Positions 53,673 through 63,918 are shown, counted from the stretch's first letter. The stretch is 64,000 bases of DNA from an uncultured Candidatus Saccharibacteria bacterium (GCA_964633325.1 CAZWFS010000005.1:3313-67312), one strand, 5' to 3'. Notes: generated by a model from the letters alone, not told the origin. Made by a program: numbers and translations.

Positions 53673-56600
53673 TCAGTGTATTTTTACATTTTCCGCGCCG
53701 ACGATTTCATGCAGACGAGAAAGATTGGAATCATCATCATTAAACTTCATAGGCAAGCGTATTATCTGCTTTTTAATTGATTGACCTAATACCAACACAA
53801 CTTCAGTAGTCCCCAGACAATCGTCTATGACTTTTTTGAGTCTACCTAAAAGTTCCTGATCCCTGCCACTATCTAGACGAATATAAACCCTCTTAGGCGC
53901 TGAACTTTCGTCCGAGTCGGCGGCCATAATATATCTGCCATTTTTTTTAGTAGCCTTGGGAGGTGGCTTTTTTTTGCCCGTGGCCTGATAGGCTGTCGCT
54001 TGTTCGTATGTGATCTCTCGGACATCATCCACAAGCATTTTCATTTCACTAGTCGAATTACCAGCCTTGTCCGTACTATTTAGTTTACCTTTGGCAATAA
54101 TGACTCTGTCGCGATCCCATATCCCGGTGGTTTGCTGGTAAATAGTCGGGAATAAAATCAATTCAAATTCTGTGGCCTTATCGGCGATTTTAACAAAAGC
54201 CATCTTCTGCCCTTTTTTAGTAGTAATCTCGCGAACATCCATTATGGCCCCACCGATTGTTATTGCCCTTCCCTCTAATTCAGGCTTCAAAGCACTAAGG
54301 GAAACCGTTTGCTCACTTAGCAAAACCTCATACGAATCCAAAGGGTGCTGTGATAAATATATACCTATTAGTTCGCGTTCCCACTGCAGCTGCTCCGCCA
54401 CTGTACGCGAACCTCTTGCCTCTTTAAGCAATAGCTTGGGACGACCATCGGATGACCCGATTATGTTGCCAAACAAATCAGTCTGGCCACTACTTAATTC
54501 TTTCTGCATACGCGAAGCGAAAGCTAGCATGACGTCGAGGTTGTCTAACAGGTTGCCGCGCTCTCCAAAGCGGTCGAAAGCGCCGGCTTTGATTAAGCTC
54601 TCTAATGCTTTGCGGTTTACAGTCCGTACGTTTACTTTCGATAGAAAGTCTTCCAGGCTATTAAATGCCCCGTCTTGCTCCCTTGCTCGTAATACCTCCT
54701 CTACGGCTCCACGTCCTACATTTTTTATAGCGGCCATACCAAAACGAATTTGATTTACTCCCGGCACTACCGCGAACTCCACAAAAGATTCATTAACATC
54801 CGGCGGCAGTACATTGACGCCCATATGTTTGCACTCATTAATCTCAATCGCCAGTCGGTCAATATTGTCGTAATCGCTGGTCATGAGGGCAGCCATAAAG
54901 GCTGGCGGAAAGTTAGCCTTCAGATATGCCGTCTGGTAGGCTATCAGTCCATAACAGGCGGCATGGGCTTTAGGAAAACAGTAGGCTGCAAATGCTTCTA
55001 ATTGTGACCAAAACTTCTCCATTGTACGCTTATCGGCACCTACAGTCTTGATTGCTCCTTCTATAAATGCTGTTTTCATTTTAGCCAGTTCTTCAGGCTT
55101 CTTTTTGCCAATGGCCTTACGCAGCGTATCTGCTTGTCCACCAGAAAAGCCGCACATCTCTTTTGATATCTGCATCACCTGCTCCTGGTAAACTATAATT
55201 CCGTATGTAGATCTAAGTGCTGCTTCCATGGCCGGATGCAGATATTCTATTTTACGCTTACCGTATTTCCGAGCGATAAAATCTTCTATCCACTGCATAG
55301 GTCCGGGCCGATACAGAGCCACCATAGCAATAATGTCATCAAATACTGTCGGTTTAAGCTCCTTTAGATAACGCTTCATACCAGCGGATTCGAGTTGGAA
55401 CACTCCAGTTGTATCTCCGCGGCTAAGAAGCTCGAATGTCTTTTCATCCTCCATGGGAATTTCACCGATCGTAAGCTCTCGGCCATGTACTTTCTTGATT
55501 ATTCTAAGTGCGTTCTTTATTACTGTTAGGTTAGACAGGCCTAGAAAATCAATCTTCAACAATCCTAGGTCTTCAATTGGACCCATGGAATATTGCGTAG
55601 CGACTACGCCCTTCTGAGCCATTTCCAATGGAGTAAATTTAACAATGTCGTCTGGTGCAATCACTACACCCGCAGCGTGTACACCATGGGAACGTATCGT
55701 ACCCTCAAGCTGCACCGCCAGATCAAATACCTGTCTAGCTTGCTCGTTTGTATCGTACTCATGTTTTAGCTCAAAGTTGGCTTGTAGCGACGTTTTTAGT
55801 AGAATGTGGCGGCCCTGTACGGGAGGTGGAATCATTTTCGCTAGTCGGTCTGCGTCCGCATAAGGCACCTGCAAGACACGTGCGACGTCACGTACCGCGT
55901 TGCGTGCTGCCATCTTTCCGAACGTTACTATATTAGCGACGCGGTTGGCTCCATATTTATTTACGCAATATTCGATCACCTCGTCGCGACGGCTATCTTG
56001 GATATCAATATCTATATCAGGCATGCTGATACGATCAGGGTTTAGGAACCTTTCAAATAGCAAGTCATATTTCAATGGGTCTAATTCTGTTATCTTAAGC
56101 GCATAAGATATGATAGATCCTGCAGCACTGCCGCGCCCCGGGCCAAACACTATCCTGTGCCTTTTACCCCATCCAATAAAATCTGCAATAATTAAGAAAT
56201 ATCCGTTAAATCCCATGGCGTCAATCACCCCCAACTCGTACTGGGCCCTTTCCTTCACATGCGACGGTAAGGTTGCTATGGCTTCTTTCTCGCTTAGTAG
56301 TTGGGCCGGTTGCTCTTCGCACCCGCCATAACGCCAGGCCAATCCACGGTATACCATCTTATGTAGTAAAGTCATCTCAGTTTCTTGCTTGGGAACCGGG
56401 AATTTGGGAATTAGAATTTTGCCCAAATCAATCTCAACATTACATCTCTCAGCAATTTTCCGGCTGTTAATAATAAGCTCTGGGTTCGTTTTTCCCCACC
56501 GCTCTATAACTTCTGTTGGATCGTTTACATGAAGATCAAATTCTTTTAAGCTCATCCGCTTAGGGTCGCTCAAGAATGCGCCGGTTTGGACGCATAATAG

Positions 56601-57302
56601 AATTTCATGAGCCTGCTGGTCACCATGTCTTAAATAATGCGCGTCACAAGTTACGACGCAAGGTATTTTTAAATCTTCACCCATAGTTAGTAACTTCTTG
56701 TTCGCTTGTGTCTGGATGTCCCATCTGCTGGGGTGTTTGGGATGGCCGTGGTCTTGCAGTTCTAGGTAATACCTGTCACCAAAAACCTTCTTATACCATT
56801 TGGCTGTTTTGACCGCCTGGACATCCTGACCTTGCCTTAAAAGATCCCCCACCTCCCCTCCAATGCAACCGCTAAGCACGATCAAGCCTTCATGATATTT
56901 CTCGAGTAGCTCATGATCTATCCTAGGCTTATAGTAAACACCCTCTAAATTAGCTATGGTGCTTAAGGCCATCAGGTTCTGATACCCTTTGTTGTTCATG
57001 GCTAGAATAATCAAATGGTAGTATGTCTTATCTTTTACGGGGTCTCTTTCGGCGATCGTGCGTGATGCGATGTAAGCTTCCATCCCAATGACTGGATTTA
57101 TGCCTCTTGTCTTTGCTTCTTTATAAAATTCAATCGCTCCAGACAGGGTGCCATGGTCGGTAATAGCAACCGCGCCCATACCTAGTTCTGTTACACGATC
57201 CAGCAAAGCTGGTACTTTTGTAAGACCATCCAATAGGCTGTACTGGCTATGATTGTGCAAATGCACATAGTCTTTTGGCTTTAGCGTCTTAGATTCTCCC
57301 AT
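53673..57302 (-). CDS. dnaE: DNA polymerase III subunit alpha
   Basis: PHP motif HLHNHSQYSLLDG, polymerase core and OB fold; 1209 aa. Confidence 0.97.
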   Translation of the reverse strand: MGESKTLKPKDYVHLHNHSQYSLLDGLTKVPALLDRVTELGMGAVAITDHGTLSGAIEFYKEAKTRGINPVIGMEAYIASRTIAERDPVKDKTYYHLIILAMNNKGYQNLMALSTIANLEGVYYKPRIDHELLEKYHEGLIVLSGCIGGEVGDLLRQGQDVQAVKTAKWYKKVFGDRYYLELQDHGHPKHPSRWDIQTQANKKLLTMGEDLKIPCVVTCDAHYLRHGDQQAHEILLCVQTGAFLSDPKRMSLKEFDLHVNDPTEVIERWGKTNPELIINSRKIAERCNVEIDLGKILIPKFPVPKQETEMTLLHKMVYRGLAWRYGGCEEQPAQLLSEKEAIATLPSHVKERAQYELGVIDAMGFNGYFLIIADFIGWGKRHRIVFGPGRGSAAGSIISYALKITELDPLKYDLLFERFLNPDRISMPDIDIDIQDSRRDEVIEYCVNKYGANRVANIVTFGKMAARNAVRDVARVLQVPYADADRLAKMIPPPVQGRHILLKTSLQANFELKHEYDTNEQARQVFDLAVQLEGTIRSHGVHAAGVVIAPDDIVKFTPLEMAQKGVVATQYSMGPIEDLGLLKIDFLGLSNLTVIKNALRIIKKVHGRELTIGEIPMEDEKTFELLSRGDTTGVFQLESAGMKRYLKELKPTVFDDIIAMVALYRPGPMQWIEDFIARKYGKRKIEYLHPAMEAALRSTYGIIVYQEQVMQISKEMCGFSGGQADTLRKAIGKKKPEELAKMKTAFIEGAIKTVGADKRTMEKFWSQLEAFAAYCFPKAHAACYGLIAYQTAYLKANFPPAFMAALMTSDYDNIDRLAIEINECKHMGVNVLPPDVNESFVEFAVVPGVNQIRFGMAAIKNVGRGAVEEVLRAREQDGAFNSLEDFLSKVNVRTVNRKALESLIKAGAFDRFGERGNLLDNLDVMLAFASRMQKELSSGQTDLFGNIIGSSDGRPKLLLKEARGSRTVAEQLQWERELIGIYLSQHPLDSYEVLLSEQTVSLSALKPELEGRAITIGGAIMDVREITTKKGQKMAFVKIADKATEFELILFPTIYQQTTGIWDRDRVIIAKGKLNSTDKAGNSTSEMKMLVDDVREITYEQATAYQATGKKKPPPKATKKNGRYIMAADSDESSAPKRVYIRLDSGRDQELLGRLKKVIDDCLGTTEVVLVLGQSIKKQIIRLPMKFNDDDSNLSRLHEIVGAENVKIH

Positions 57303-57381
57303 CGATAATGTTTATTTTAATGAATAACCTCATGCATAGCGATGCTTTTAATTACAACGCTTGGCTTTTATAAAGGTTGCC

Positions 57382-57654
57382 CTATTTGGGTGAGCTGGAT
57401 TCTATGGTGCCTCTCAGGTTATCAAAAATGCGGCCAATAAGAGGTATGTCATCGAATAAAGATAAAGTCCAAATCAGTAAAGCCAAGATCACGGTAGCTC
57501 CGATGGCTCCCCCCAAACCGCTTAGTAGACCCTTAATTAGACTCATCTTATAAGTCTGGTTACGATTTATATAGCCACTTTCGTAGATACTGACCAACAT
57601 CTGGCCAATCTCCTCATAACTTTTTTCTTTATTTTTTGCTTTTACCCGGGCCAT
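57382..57654 (-). CDS. Small membrane protein (resembles DUF5665)
   Basis: LIKGLLSGLGGAIGATVILALLIW TM segment followed by PLIGRIFDNL. The start overlaps the upstream gene by 26 nt and could be later. Confidence 0.5.
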   Translation of the reverse strand: MARVKAKNKEKSYEEIGQMLVSIYESGYINRNQTYKMSLIKGLLSGLGGAIGATVILALLIWTLSLFDDIPLIGRIFDNLRGTIESSSPK

Positions 57655-58063
57655 TTTTTGGACTGGTCTTTATAAACTTCTTTAAATGATTTATAGCTTT
57701 CTTAGATTCTGTTACTGCTTTTTGCAAATCCTTGTCTTCAGCTTCACCATCATGAAGGGCACTTAACATTTCCCTGGCTTTGTCTTTGGCTACGCTGCCT
57801 TTTTCGACCGCAGCTTGCAACTCTTCTCTTGTCTTACTTTTAAGGCTTTTGGCTTTTGCCTGGCCTTGGTTGACCAACTGACTCAGCTCGCTATGCAAGT
57901 TTTTTAAGTTTCGCTCAGCTTCAGTCTTTGCCTTGTTAGCCGTATTCTTTATATCCTGACGAGTTTCTTTGCCGCTTTTTGGTGCGGTCAAAAGGCCAGT
58001 AATAAATCCAGCTATGGCTGCGAACAATGTAGTAGCCGCAAGTTTTTTTACGTTCTTTCCCAT
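57629..58063 (-). CDS. YtxH-domain protein
   Basis: N-terminal anchor FAAIAGFITGLLTAPKSGKETRQDIK followed by a long Lys/Ala/Glu helix. Confidence 0.7.
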   Translation of the reverse strand: MGKNVKKLAATTLFAAIAGFITGLLTAPKSGKETRQDIKNTANKAKTEAERNLKNLHSELSQLVNQGQAKAKSLKSKTREELQAAVEKGSVAKDKAREMLSALHDGEAEDKDLQKAVTESKKAINHLKKFIKTSPKNGPGKSKK

Positions 58064-58065
58064 GC

Positions 58066-58332
58066 TTAACGATCCTTCTTTCCTCTACGCTTACGTTTAT
58101 TTACCGACTTCACAAAATTAGATACATAACGGCCAAAAGCTACCGGTCCTGCTGTTTTGCTGAAAAACTCGCCTACAGTTCCGACTTTGTCGATTACGTC
58201 ATCGGCTTTATCGGTTATCCTACGTACTTGTTTAAGTATTTTTATCAGTAATATAATAAAAATACTCGATATTATCAGTAATATACCCAACATAATTGAC
58301 AATATGATCACCAATATCTGATAAGCGTCCAT
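58066..58332 (-). CDS. Small membrane protein (resembles DUF948)
   Basis: N-terminal TM segment ILVIILSIMLGILLIISSIFIILLI followed by a helical segment. Paired with a YtxH gene, as in Firmicutes. Confidence 0.5.
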   Translation of the reverse strand: MDAYQILVIILSIMLGILLIISSIFIILLIKILKQVRRITDKADDVIDKVGTVGEFFSKTAGPVAFGRYVSNFVKSVNKRKRRGKKDR

Positions 58333-58403
58333 GTATTCGAGTCCTCCCTGTTTGATGGTACAGTCTTCAGTATAGGCTACCAGTGTCTGTAGTCAACTAG
58401 AGC

Positions 58404-59333
58404 TTATTTTTGCAACAATGATTGAATATATGAATAAAAGTCTTGATTTATGTCTTTGTCTTTTAGTGCAAAGTCTACCACGGTCTTTAAGTACTCAAGT
58501 TTGTTGCCGGCATCATAGTATTTACTATTCATGATTTCGCAACCTATGATCTGTTTTCTATCCGCTATCATCAGCTTTAAAGCGTCATTGTATAGTAGTT
58601 CTTGGCCGTTATTAATATCCATAATGTCCATCTGTTTGTATGCAATGTGTAAGTATTTAAAAAAGTCAGGGGTAAGTAAACAACCGCTCACAGTAGCTAA
58701 CTGAGAGGGTGCCTTACTTTTACCAGGCTTTTCTATAATTGTGTCGATATTTATTAAATTCGAGCTTAGTTGTTTTCCTCCGGCAAAACCGTATCTCTTG
58801 TAATCTTCATCATTCTCAGACCTAATTAAAGACATTACGGGTGTTTGGTATTGGGAATAAACATCGATCATTTGCTGAAAGCGTGGTGGGTCAGCAAGAA
58901 CAAAGTCGTCTCCAAAAGTGAATATAAAGGGTTCGTCCCCGATTAAATGCTCTGCGTTAAGCAGCGGCGTGCCATTACCGCGTGGCCCTTTTTGGCGTAC
59001 ATATATGAAGTTCGCCAAATCAGCGATTGCATTAACCTGCTCAAGTAGCGGTTCTTTGCTTGGGCCACCAGATTTAAGAGTCGATATAAGATCGGCGTTT
59101 GGACTATCGAAATGGTCTTCAATACTGCGCTTTGAGTAACCTGTTACAATTACAATATCTTCAATTCCCACCGATACCAGTTCTTCCACGATGTATTGAA
59201 TTAAAGGTTTATCTACCAACGGAAGCATTTCCTTAGGCATCGCTTTAGTCTGTGGTAAAAAACGAGTCCCAAACCCCGCCGCCGCAATTACGGCTTTGCG
59301 TATGGATTTTTTATTACTACTCATCGACGACAA
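58404..59333 (-). CDS. galU: UTP--glucose-1-phosphate uridylyltransferase
   Basis: AAGFGTRFLPQTKAMPKEMLP motif. Track start is TTG 59333, directly after the gatB TAA. ATG 59324 is an alternative. Confidence 0.9.
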   Translation of the reverse strand: MSSMSSNKKSIRKAVIAAAGFGTRFLPQTKAMPKEMLPLVDKPLIQYIVEELVSVGIEDIVIVTGYSKRSIEDHFDSPNADLISTLKSGGPSKEPLLEQVNAIADLANFIYVRQKGPRGNGTPLLNAEHLIGDEPFIFTFGDDFVLADPPRFQQMIDVYSQYQTPVMSLIRSENDEDYKRYGFAGGKQLSSNLINIDTIIEKPGKSKAPSQLATVSGCLLTPDFFKYLHIAYKQMDIMDINNGQELLYNDALKLMIADRKQIIGCEIMNSKYYDAGNKLEYLKTVVDFALKDKDINQDFYSYIQSLLQK

Positions 59334-60815
59334 TTATACACCTAGTCGTTTTTTAATAAGTTCTTGGGCAAGAGCTGGGTTAGCCTTGCCTAAAGACTTC
59401 TTCATTACCTGTCCTACCATGAAGCCGACAGCCTTCATTTCGCCGTTTTTTATATCTGTTGCGGCCGCTGGGTTAGCTTTTAACACTTCCTCGATTATCT
59501 TTGAAATTTCTGCTTCATCAGTCACCTGGGTGTAGCCTTGTTCTTCGGCGTATTTTCCCATGTCATCCGGTATCGCCCCGCTTTTTAGCAAATCGCCTAT
59601 TAGGTTTTTTGCTGCGGTAGAACTGAGCTTGTTTGCTTCGCACAGGTAATAAATCTGTTTATACGCTTTCTCACGACTACTGTTGTCTATTTCGCTTCGT
59701 ACTTCTTGCTGGCCACGTCGAAACGGTATTTCAGTATTCACAAACCAGTTCGACAATGCCCTTGCTAGTTCTGGCTCCTCGAGATTTGACTCCAACAAAG
59801 ATAGGTAATTAACATGATCATCTTCAATCTCTGCCTCAAGTAAAGTATCAGTCTGACTTATATCCATACCAAGGTAGCCCAAACGCTTCCTCCATTCGCC
59901 AGGCATGATTGGCATAGTCCGCTTGGTTTCTTCAGTAGCTTCTACGGTGATGACAACTGGCGGTAAGTCCGGATCTGGAAAATAGCGGTAATCATGAGCG
60001 TCTTCTTTGTCACGCTGTGAAAAAGTTTTTTGCTTGGCATCGTCCCAACCTCTGGTTTCCTGAACTATACGTTCGCCCTTTTCCAGTAGTTCAATCTGCC
60101 GGTTTATTTCGTAATCTACCGCTTTTTCTACACTTCGGAATGAATTCAGGTTCTTAGTCTCACTGCGTGTGCCTAACTTTTCAGGGTCTTGGCTGACAGA
60201 AAGGTTGACATCAAAACGCATATTTCCATGATACAAATCAGCATCTGACACGTCAGCGTAACGCATCAAAAGGTACAATTCTTTCACGTATGCCTTGGCT
60301 TCAATAGCGCTGTGCATTTCAGGCTCCGACACAATTTCAAGTAATGGTGTGCCTGCTCGATTCAAATCAACTAGGCTGTAATCTTTCCCGGCTGGATGAG
60401 TGCTTTTACCGGCGTCGGCTTCCAGGTGGGCATGGGTAATGCCAATAGATTTTTTCTTTCCGTCTACTATTATTTCAACCTGGCCTCCGACAATAATTGG
60501 TTGTTCGAACTGCGTAATTTGGTATCCCATCGGCAAGTCAGGGTAGAAATAGTGTTTACGATCAAATGTCGAGAACTTTGCCGGCAGCGAGCCAAGTGCC
60601 AGCGCGGCCCGCATGGCATATTTAATAACTTCTTTGTTTAGGTACGGCAAAGCGCCGGGCATTCCAAGGCAAATATGGCTTATGAGCGTATTCGGTTTTG
60701 CGTCTCTTGCGTCATTTTCTACCGCAGCAAATAGTTTTGTTGCCGTCTTAAATTGCACATGGCACTCTATTCCAATTGTAGGTTTGTACTTGCCACGAAC
60801 TTCAGGACTAATCAC
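59334..60815 (-). CDS. gatB: Asp/Glu-tRNA amidotransferase subunit B
   Basis: IGIECHVQ N-terminus and a C-terminal GatB/YqeY domain. GTG start with an AAGGTG SD. Confidence 0.97.
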   Translation of the reverse strand: MISPEVRGKYKPTIGIECHVQFKTATKLFAAVENDARDAKPNTLISHICLGMPGALPYLNKEVIKYAMRAALALGSLPAKFSTFDRKHYFYPDLPMGYQITQFEQPIIVGGQVEIIVDGKKKSIGITHAHLEADAGKSTHPAGKDYSLVDLNRAGTPLLEIVSEPEMHSAIEAKAYVKELYLLMRYADVSDADLYHGNMRFDVNLSVSQDPEKLGTRSETKNLNSFRSVEKAVDYEINRQIELLEKGERIVQETRGWDDAKQKTFSQRDKEDAHDYRYFPDPDLPPVVITVEATEETKRTMPIMPGEWRKRLGYLGMDISQTDTLLEAEIEDDHVNYLSLLESNLEEPELARALSNWFVNTEIPFRRGQQEVRSEIDNSSREKAYKQIYYLCEANKLSSTAAKNLIGDLLKSGAIPDDMGKYAEEQGYTQVTDEAEISKIIEEVLKANPAAATDIKNGEMKAVGFMVGQVMKKSLGKANPALAQELIKKRLGV

Positions 60816-60933
60816 AGTTGAGCACCTTCATATATAAAAGAATAGCCGTAGATGCTGATTGGGCCAGTGTAAACAGTACTACTTCTGATCGTTGCCATCA
60901 GACTAACAGCTATTAGTCTCCAGCTACTGTCGC

Positions 60934-61377
60934 TCATAACTTTTGCTTATCAACTTCGACGTTATCTTCATCAAAGGCGCCTAGATCTTTGAGTGCTTGC
61001 CTTATGCCTAGCAATGCTCTTTTAACGTCGTCTTTCTTTAGCTTTAGCGTGTCGTCATCTGCTATTTTTTTCTTTAAATTATGCGCATACCATACCGCAT
61101 CGTTATTTGATAATTTGCGCTGGGCATCTACCAGACGCTCACCCATGGTCTTGCCCTTGAATCGACGTTTTTTGAGCGCCTCATTAAGTAGCCTGTCTGC
61201 TTCTGTCACTGCCCAAGGCCAGGTTTCCTGATCCTTACAGTACCCCTGCAACTCCTTCCATTTAGATGAGAAGTAATTGTTTTTTAGCCGTCTAGGCACT
61301 CGTTTAAATATAGCGCCTCCTATACTCGCCATAATCAGCACACACAAAGCAACTCCGAAAATAATTTCTAAGCTCAT
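60934..61377 (-). CDS. Hypothetical 147-aa single-pass membrane protein between gatA and gatB
   Basis: ATGA overlap with the gatA stop. N-terminal TM segment IIFGVALCVLIMASIGGAIF followed by a Lys-rich helical domain. Confidence 0.5.
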   Translation of the reverse strand: MSLEIIFGVALCVLIMASIGGAIFKRVPRRLKNNYFSSKWKELQGYCKDQETWPWAVTEADRLLNEALKKRRFKGKTMGERLVDAQRKLSNNDAVWYAHNLKKKIADDDTLKLKKDDVKRALLGIRQALKDLGAFDEDNVEVDKQKL

Positions 61378-62807
61378 CTTAAAATTCCCTCTGTAGTTGA
61401 TGCTAGTTCCAGTAATTCACGATCTTGCCTTTGCTTACCCATCAGCTGAATCCCTACCGGTAAGTTATCACTCAACCCCGCAGGCATACTTATAGCGGGT
61501 ATGCCCACAAGATTTACAGCCACAGTCATAATGTCGTTTAAGTACATCTGTAGTGGGTTATCTGTGTGGTGGCCTATTTTAAAAGCGGTAGTCGGGGCAA
61601 CGGGCCCGATTAAGAAATCGACATCCTTAAAGACATTTTCAAATTCTCGTATAAGTTTGGTGCGTACAGTTTGTGCTTTTCTGTAATAAGCATCGTAGTA
61701 GCCACTACTTAAAACATACGTGCCAATCATAATTCGCCTTTTAGCCTCGTTTCCAAAGCCGATGGAGCGTGACTTTGAGTAACTTTCCTGTATGTTACTA
61801 GCCTCTGGATAACTATAACCATACCTTTGCCCGTCATAACGGCTTAAGTTACTGCTGACTTCCGCCGGGCATACTATATAATAAACCGCTAATGCCAGCG
61901 GCAAGGAGGGTATAGTTACCTCTTTTATCTCTGCCCCAGCCGATCTTAGCTTATCTATGGCAACCTCTATGAGTCCTTTGACGTCCGCGTCGACTCCTTC
62001 GGCCATATATTCCTTTATTACACCGATTTTCCTTCCATATAAATCGATCGGACTATCCGTAGACACGTAGCCTTGTTCTTGCCGGTCGATCATGGTGCTA
62101 TCCAATCCATCTTTGCCTGCCATGATATCCAAAAGTAAACTTGCCTCTGTTACGTTGCGTGTTAGTGCGCCTACCACATCGGTACTGCTTGCCATAGCAA
62201 CCACTCCAGAGCGTGAAACAAGCCCGTAAGAGGGCTTCAGCCCTACCACACCGCAAAAACTGGCAGGTTGCCGTATGGAACCACCAGTGTCGGTGCCGAT
62301 AGCAGCAGGGGCCATTTCTAATACCACGGCAGCAGCCGAACCGCCTGATGAACCACCTGCTACCCTGGTTTTGTCGTGGGGATTTAAAGTCGTGAAGAAA
62401 TCGCTGTTTTCTGTGCTCGAACCGTGCGCAAACGCATCCAAATTAGCTTTTGCTACACATATCGCACCCTCGGCTTCCAGACGTTCAATAGCAGTTGCTT
62501 GATACGGGGCTTCAAATCCTTTTAAGATATTACTCGCTGCAGTTGTCTCACATCCGAATGTCAGAAAATTATCTTTGGCAATAAACGGTACCCCTGCCAA
62601 CCGTCCTATTTTTTCACCTTTCGAGGCAAGCACATCTATCTCCCTGGCCCTTTGCCTTGACCGGTCCTGGATGGTCGAAATAATTGCCTGATATTCTTTC
62701 TTTTCGTTAATAATTTTTAGAGATTGTTCCACCATTGCAGATGCCGTTACTTTGCGTGCCTGCACGTCATCAGCAATTTCAGAAATTGGTTTCCAGAGGT
62801 TAACCAT
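61374..62807 (-). CDS. gatA: Asp/Glu-tRNA amidotransferase subunit A
   Basis: Amidase signature GGSSGGSAAAV. SD GAGGTAAATA upstream. Confidence 0.97.
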   Translation of the reverse strand: MVNLWKPISEIADDVQARKVTASAMVEQSLKIINEKKEYQAIISTIQDRSRQRAREIDVLASKGEKIGRLAGVPFIAKDNFLTFGCETTAASNILKGFEAPYQATAIERLEAEGAICVAKANLDAFAHGSSTENSDFFTTLNPHDKTRVAGGSSGGSAAAVVLEMAPAAIGTDTGGSIRQPASFCGVVGLKPSYGLVSRSGVVAMASSTDVVGALTRNVTEASLLLDIMAGKDGLDSTMIDRQEQGYVSTDSPIDLYGRKIGVIKEYMAEGVDADVKGLIEVAIDKLRSAGAEIKEVTIPSLPLALAVYYIVCPAEVSSNLSRYDGQRYGYSYPEASNIQESYSKSRSIGFGNEAKRRIMIGTYVLSSGYYDAYYRKAQTVRTKLIREFENVFKDVDFLIGPVAPTTAFKIGHHTDNPLQMYLNDIMTVAVNLVGIPAISMPAGLSDNLPVGIQLMGKQRQDRELLELASTTEGILR

Positions 62808-62873
62808 TATTTACCTCGACTATGGCAAAAGTTGTAAAGCAAACCTTACGGTGAGGGTCGTATTTACCTCTTG

Positions 62874-63167
62874 TCATTCCAGTATTCTCTTCACTTTTAT
62901 ATGTCTACCCTCTCTAGATGGTACGTTTTTTAGAAGTTCGTCAGGCGTGGCTCCATAATCCTTAACCACGTCCTGACGCATGACATTCACGAGTCCTGTA
63001 ACTTGGCTTGTCGGCTCAAAGCTACTCGTTTCAGTCGCGTGCAACTGCTCAACGTATTCCAGAATTGAGCTTATTTCACCCTTGAACTGCTCGACTTCTT
63101 GGTCGGTTAGGCTAAGCCGCGCTAATCGGGCCAAATGTAATATATCCTCACGTGTAAGCTTCGCCAT
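62874..63167 (-). CDS. gatC: Asp/Glu-tRNA amidotransferase subunit C
   Basis: 97 aa; ILHLARLARLSLTDQEVEQF pattern. Lies upstream of gatA. Confidence 0.9.
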   Translation of the reverse strand: MAKLTREDILHLARLARLSLTDQEVEQFKGEISSILEYVEQLHATETSSFEPTSQVTGLVNVMRQDVVKDYGATPDELLKNVPSREGRHIKVKRILE

Positions 63168-63204
63168 TTCTATCTATAAGTATAGCAGAAAACAGGGTTG
63201 ATGC

Positions 63205-63918
63205 TTAACTGGTCAGGATCCATCTCACCACCATATCACGAAGTTTTTTATACTCTGCTTCCTCGTATTGCATATTGGCTATGCAATACTGTTTTCCTTT
63301 CATATTGGTACAGAACATACTATCCTGCATGTCGCCAGTATCATGCATGAATAAGCAATTAGTCAGCCTGCCGCACCAGCTGACACTGAAGCAGTTGGAG
63401 CATTCGCCACTGTCCTCCAACCTTATACAAAATGTCGAATCTCCAGAACGCTGGCTTGCGACCATGAACTCGCAGCCAGCTAAACCATCGGAGAACAAAA
63501 TATTCTTACAAGTCCTTATGTCCTGTGAACGATAAACATTTTCCGAGCGTGTGATGTTATCTGACTTACTTATATTCAGTGAATCTTCATATCTTTCGGT
63601 AGTCGTAAAGTTAATTTCGTTCCAGGCAGCTAGAACGTCCTGAATATTTTGCAATGGCCGCTTTGGCCGTAAATAATCAGTAGCCTCGCTAGCGCCCGCT
63701 ATTTCTATACCTCTGGCATTTTCCATTTTCATGAACTTCGTAGGGTTAGTTGACTGGGCCCAGGTCTGGCTACCATCGATAGCATCAGTCACAACCTGCG
63801 GCAATCTCACATCAAATGCAAATTTTTGCATAAATTGTTCCAAGCTCAAGGGGTTTTTGTAGCCAAATACCTGGCCGACAATCTTGTCGAGTAACTGCTG
63901 AGCTTCATGCTCTGTCAT
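63205..63918 (-). CDS. Hypothetical 237-aa protein with Cys-rich repeated C-terminal half
   Basis: 10 Cys residues within about 90 residues, in quasi-periodic 12-15-aa units (CKNILFS, CEFMVAS, FCIRLEDS, CSNCFSVS, CGRLTNCLF, FCTNM, YCIANM). ATGA overlap with the upstream ORF. Confidence 0.5.
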   Translation of the reverse strand: MTEHEAQQLLDKIVGQVFGYKNPLSLEQFMQKFAFDVRLPQVVTDAIDGSQTWAQSTNPTKFMKMENARGIEIAGASEATDYLRPKRPLQNIQDVLAAWNEINFTTTERYEDSLNISKSDNITRSENVYRSQDIRTCKNILFSDGLAGCEFMVASQRSGDSTFCIRLEDSGECSNCFSVSWCGRLTNCLFMHDTGDMQDSMFCTNMKGKQYCIANMQYEEAEYKKLRDMVVRWILTS

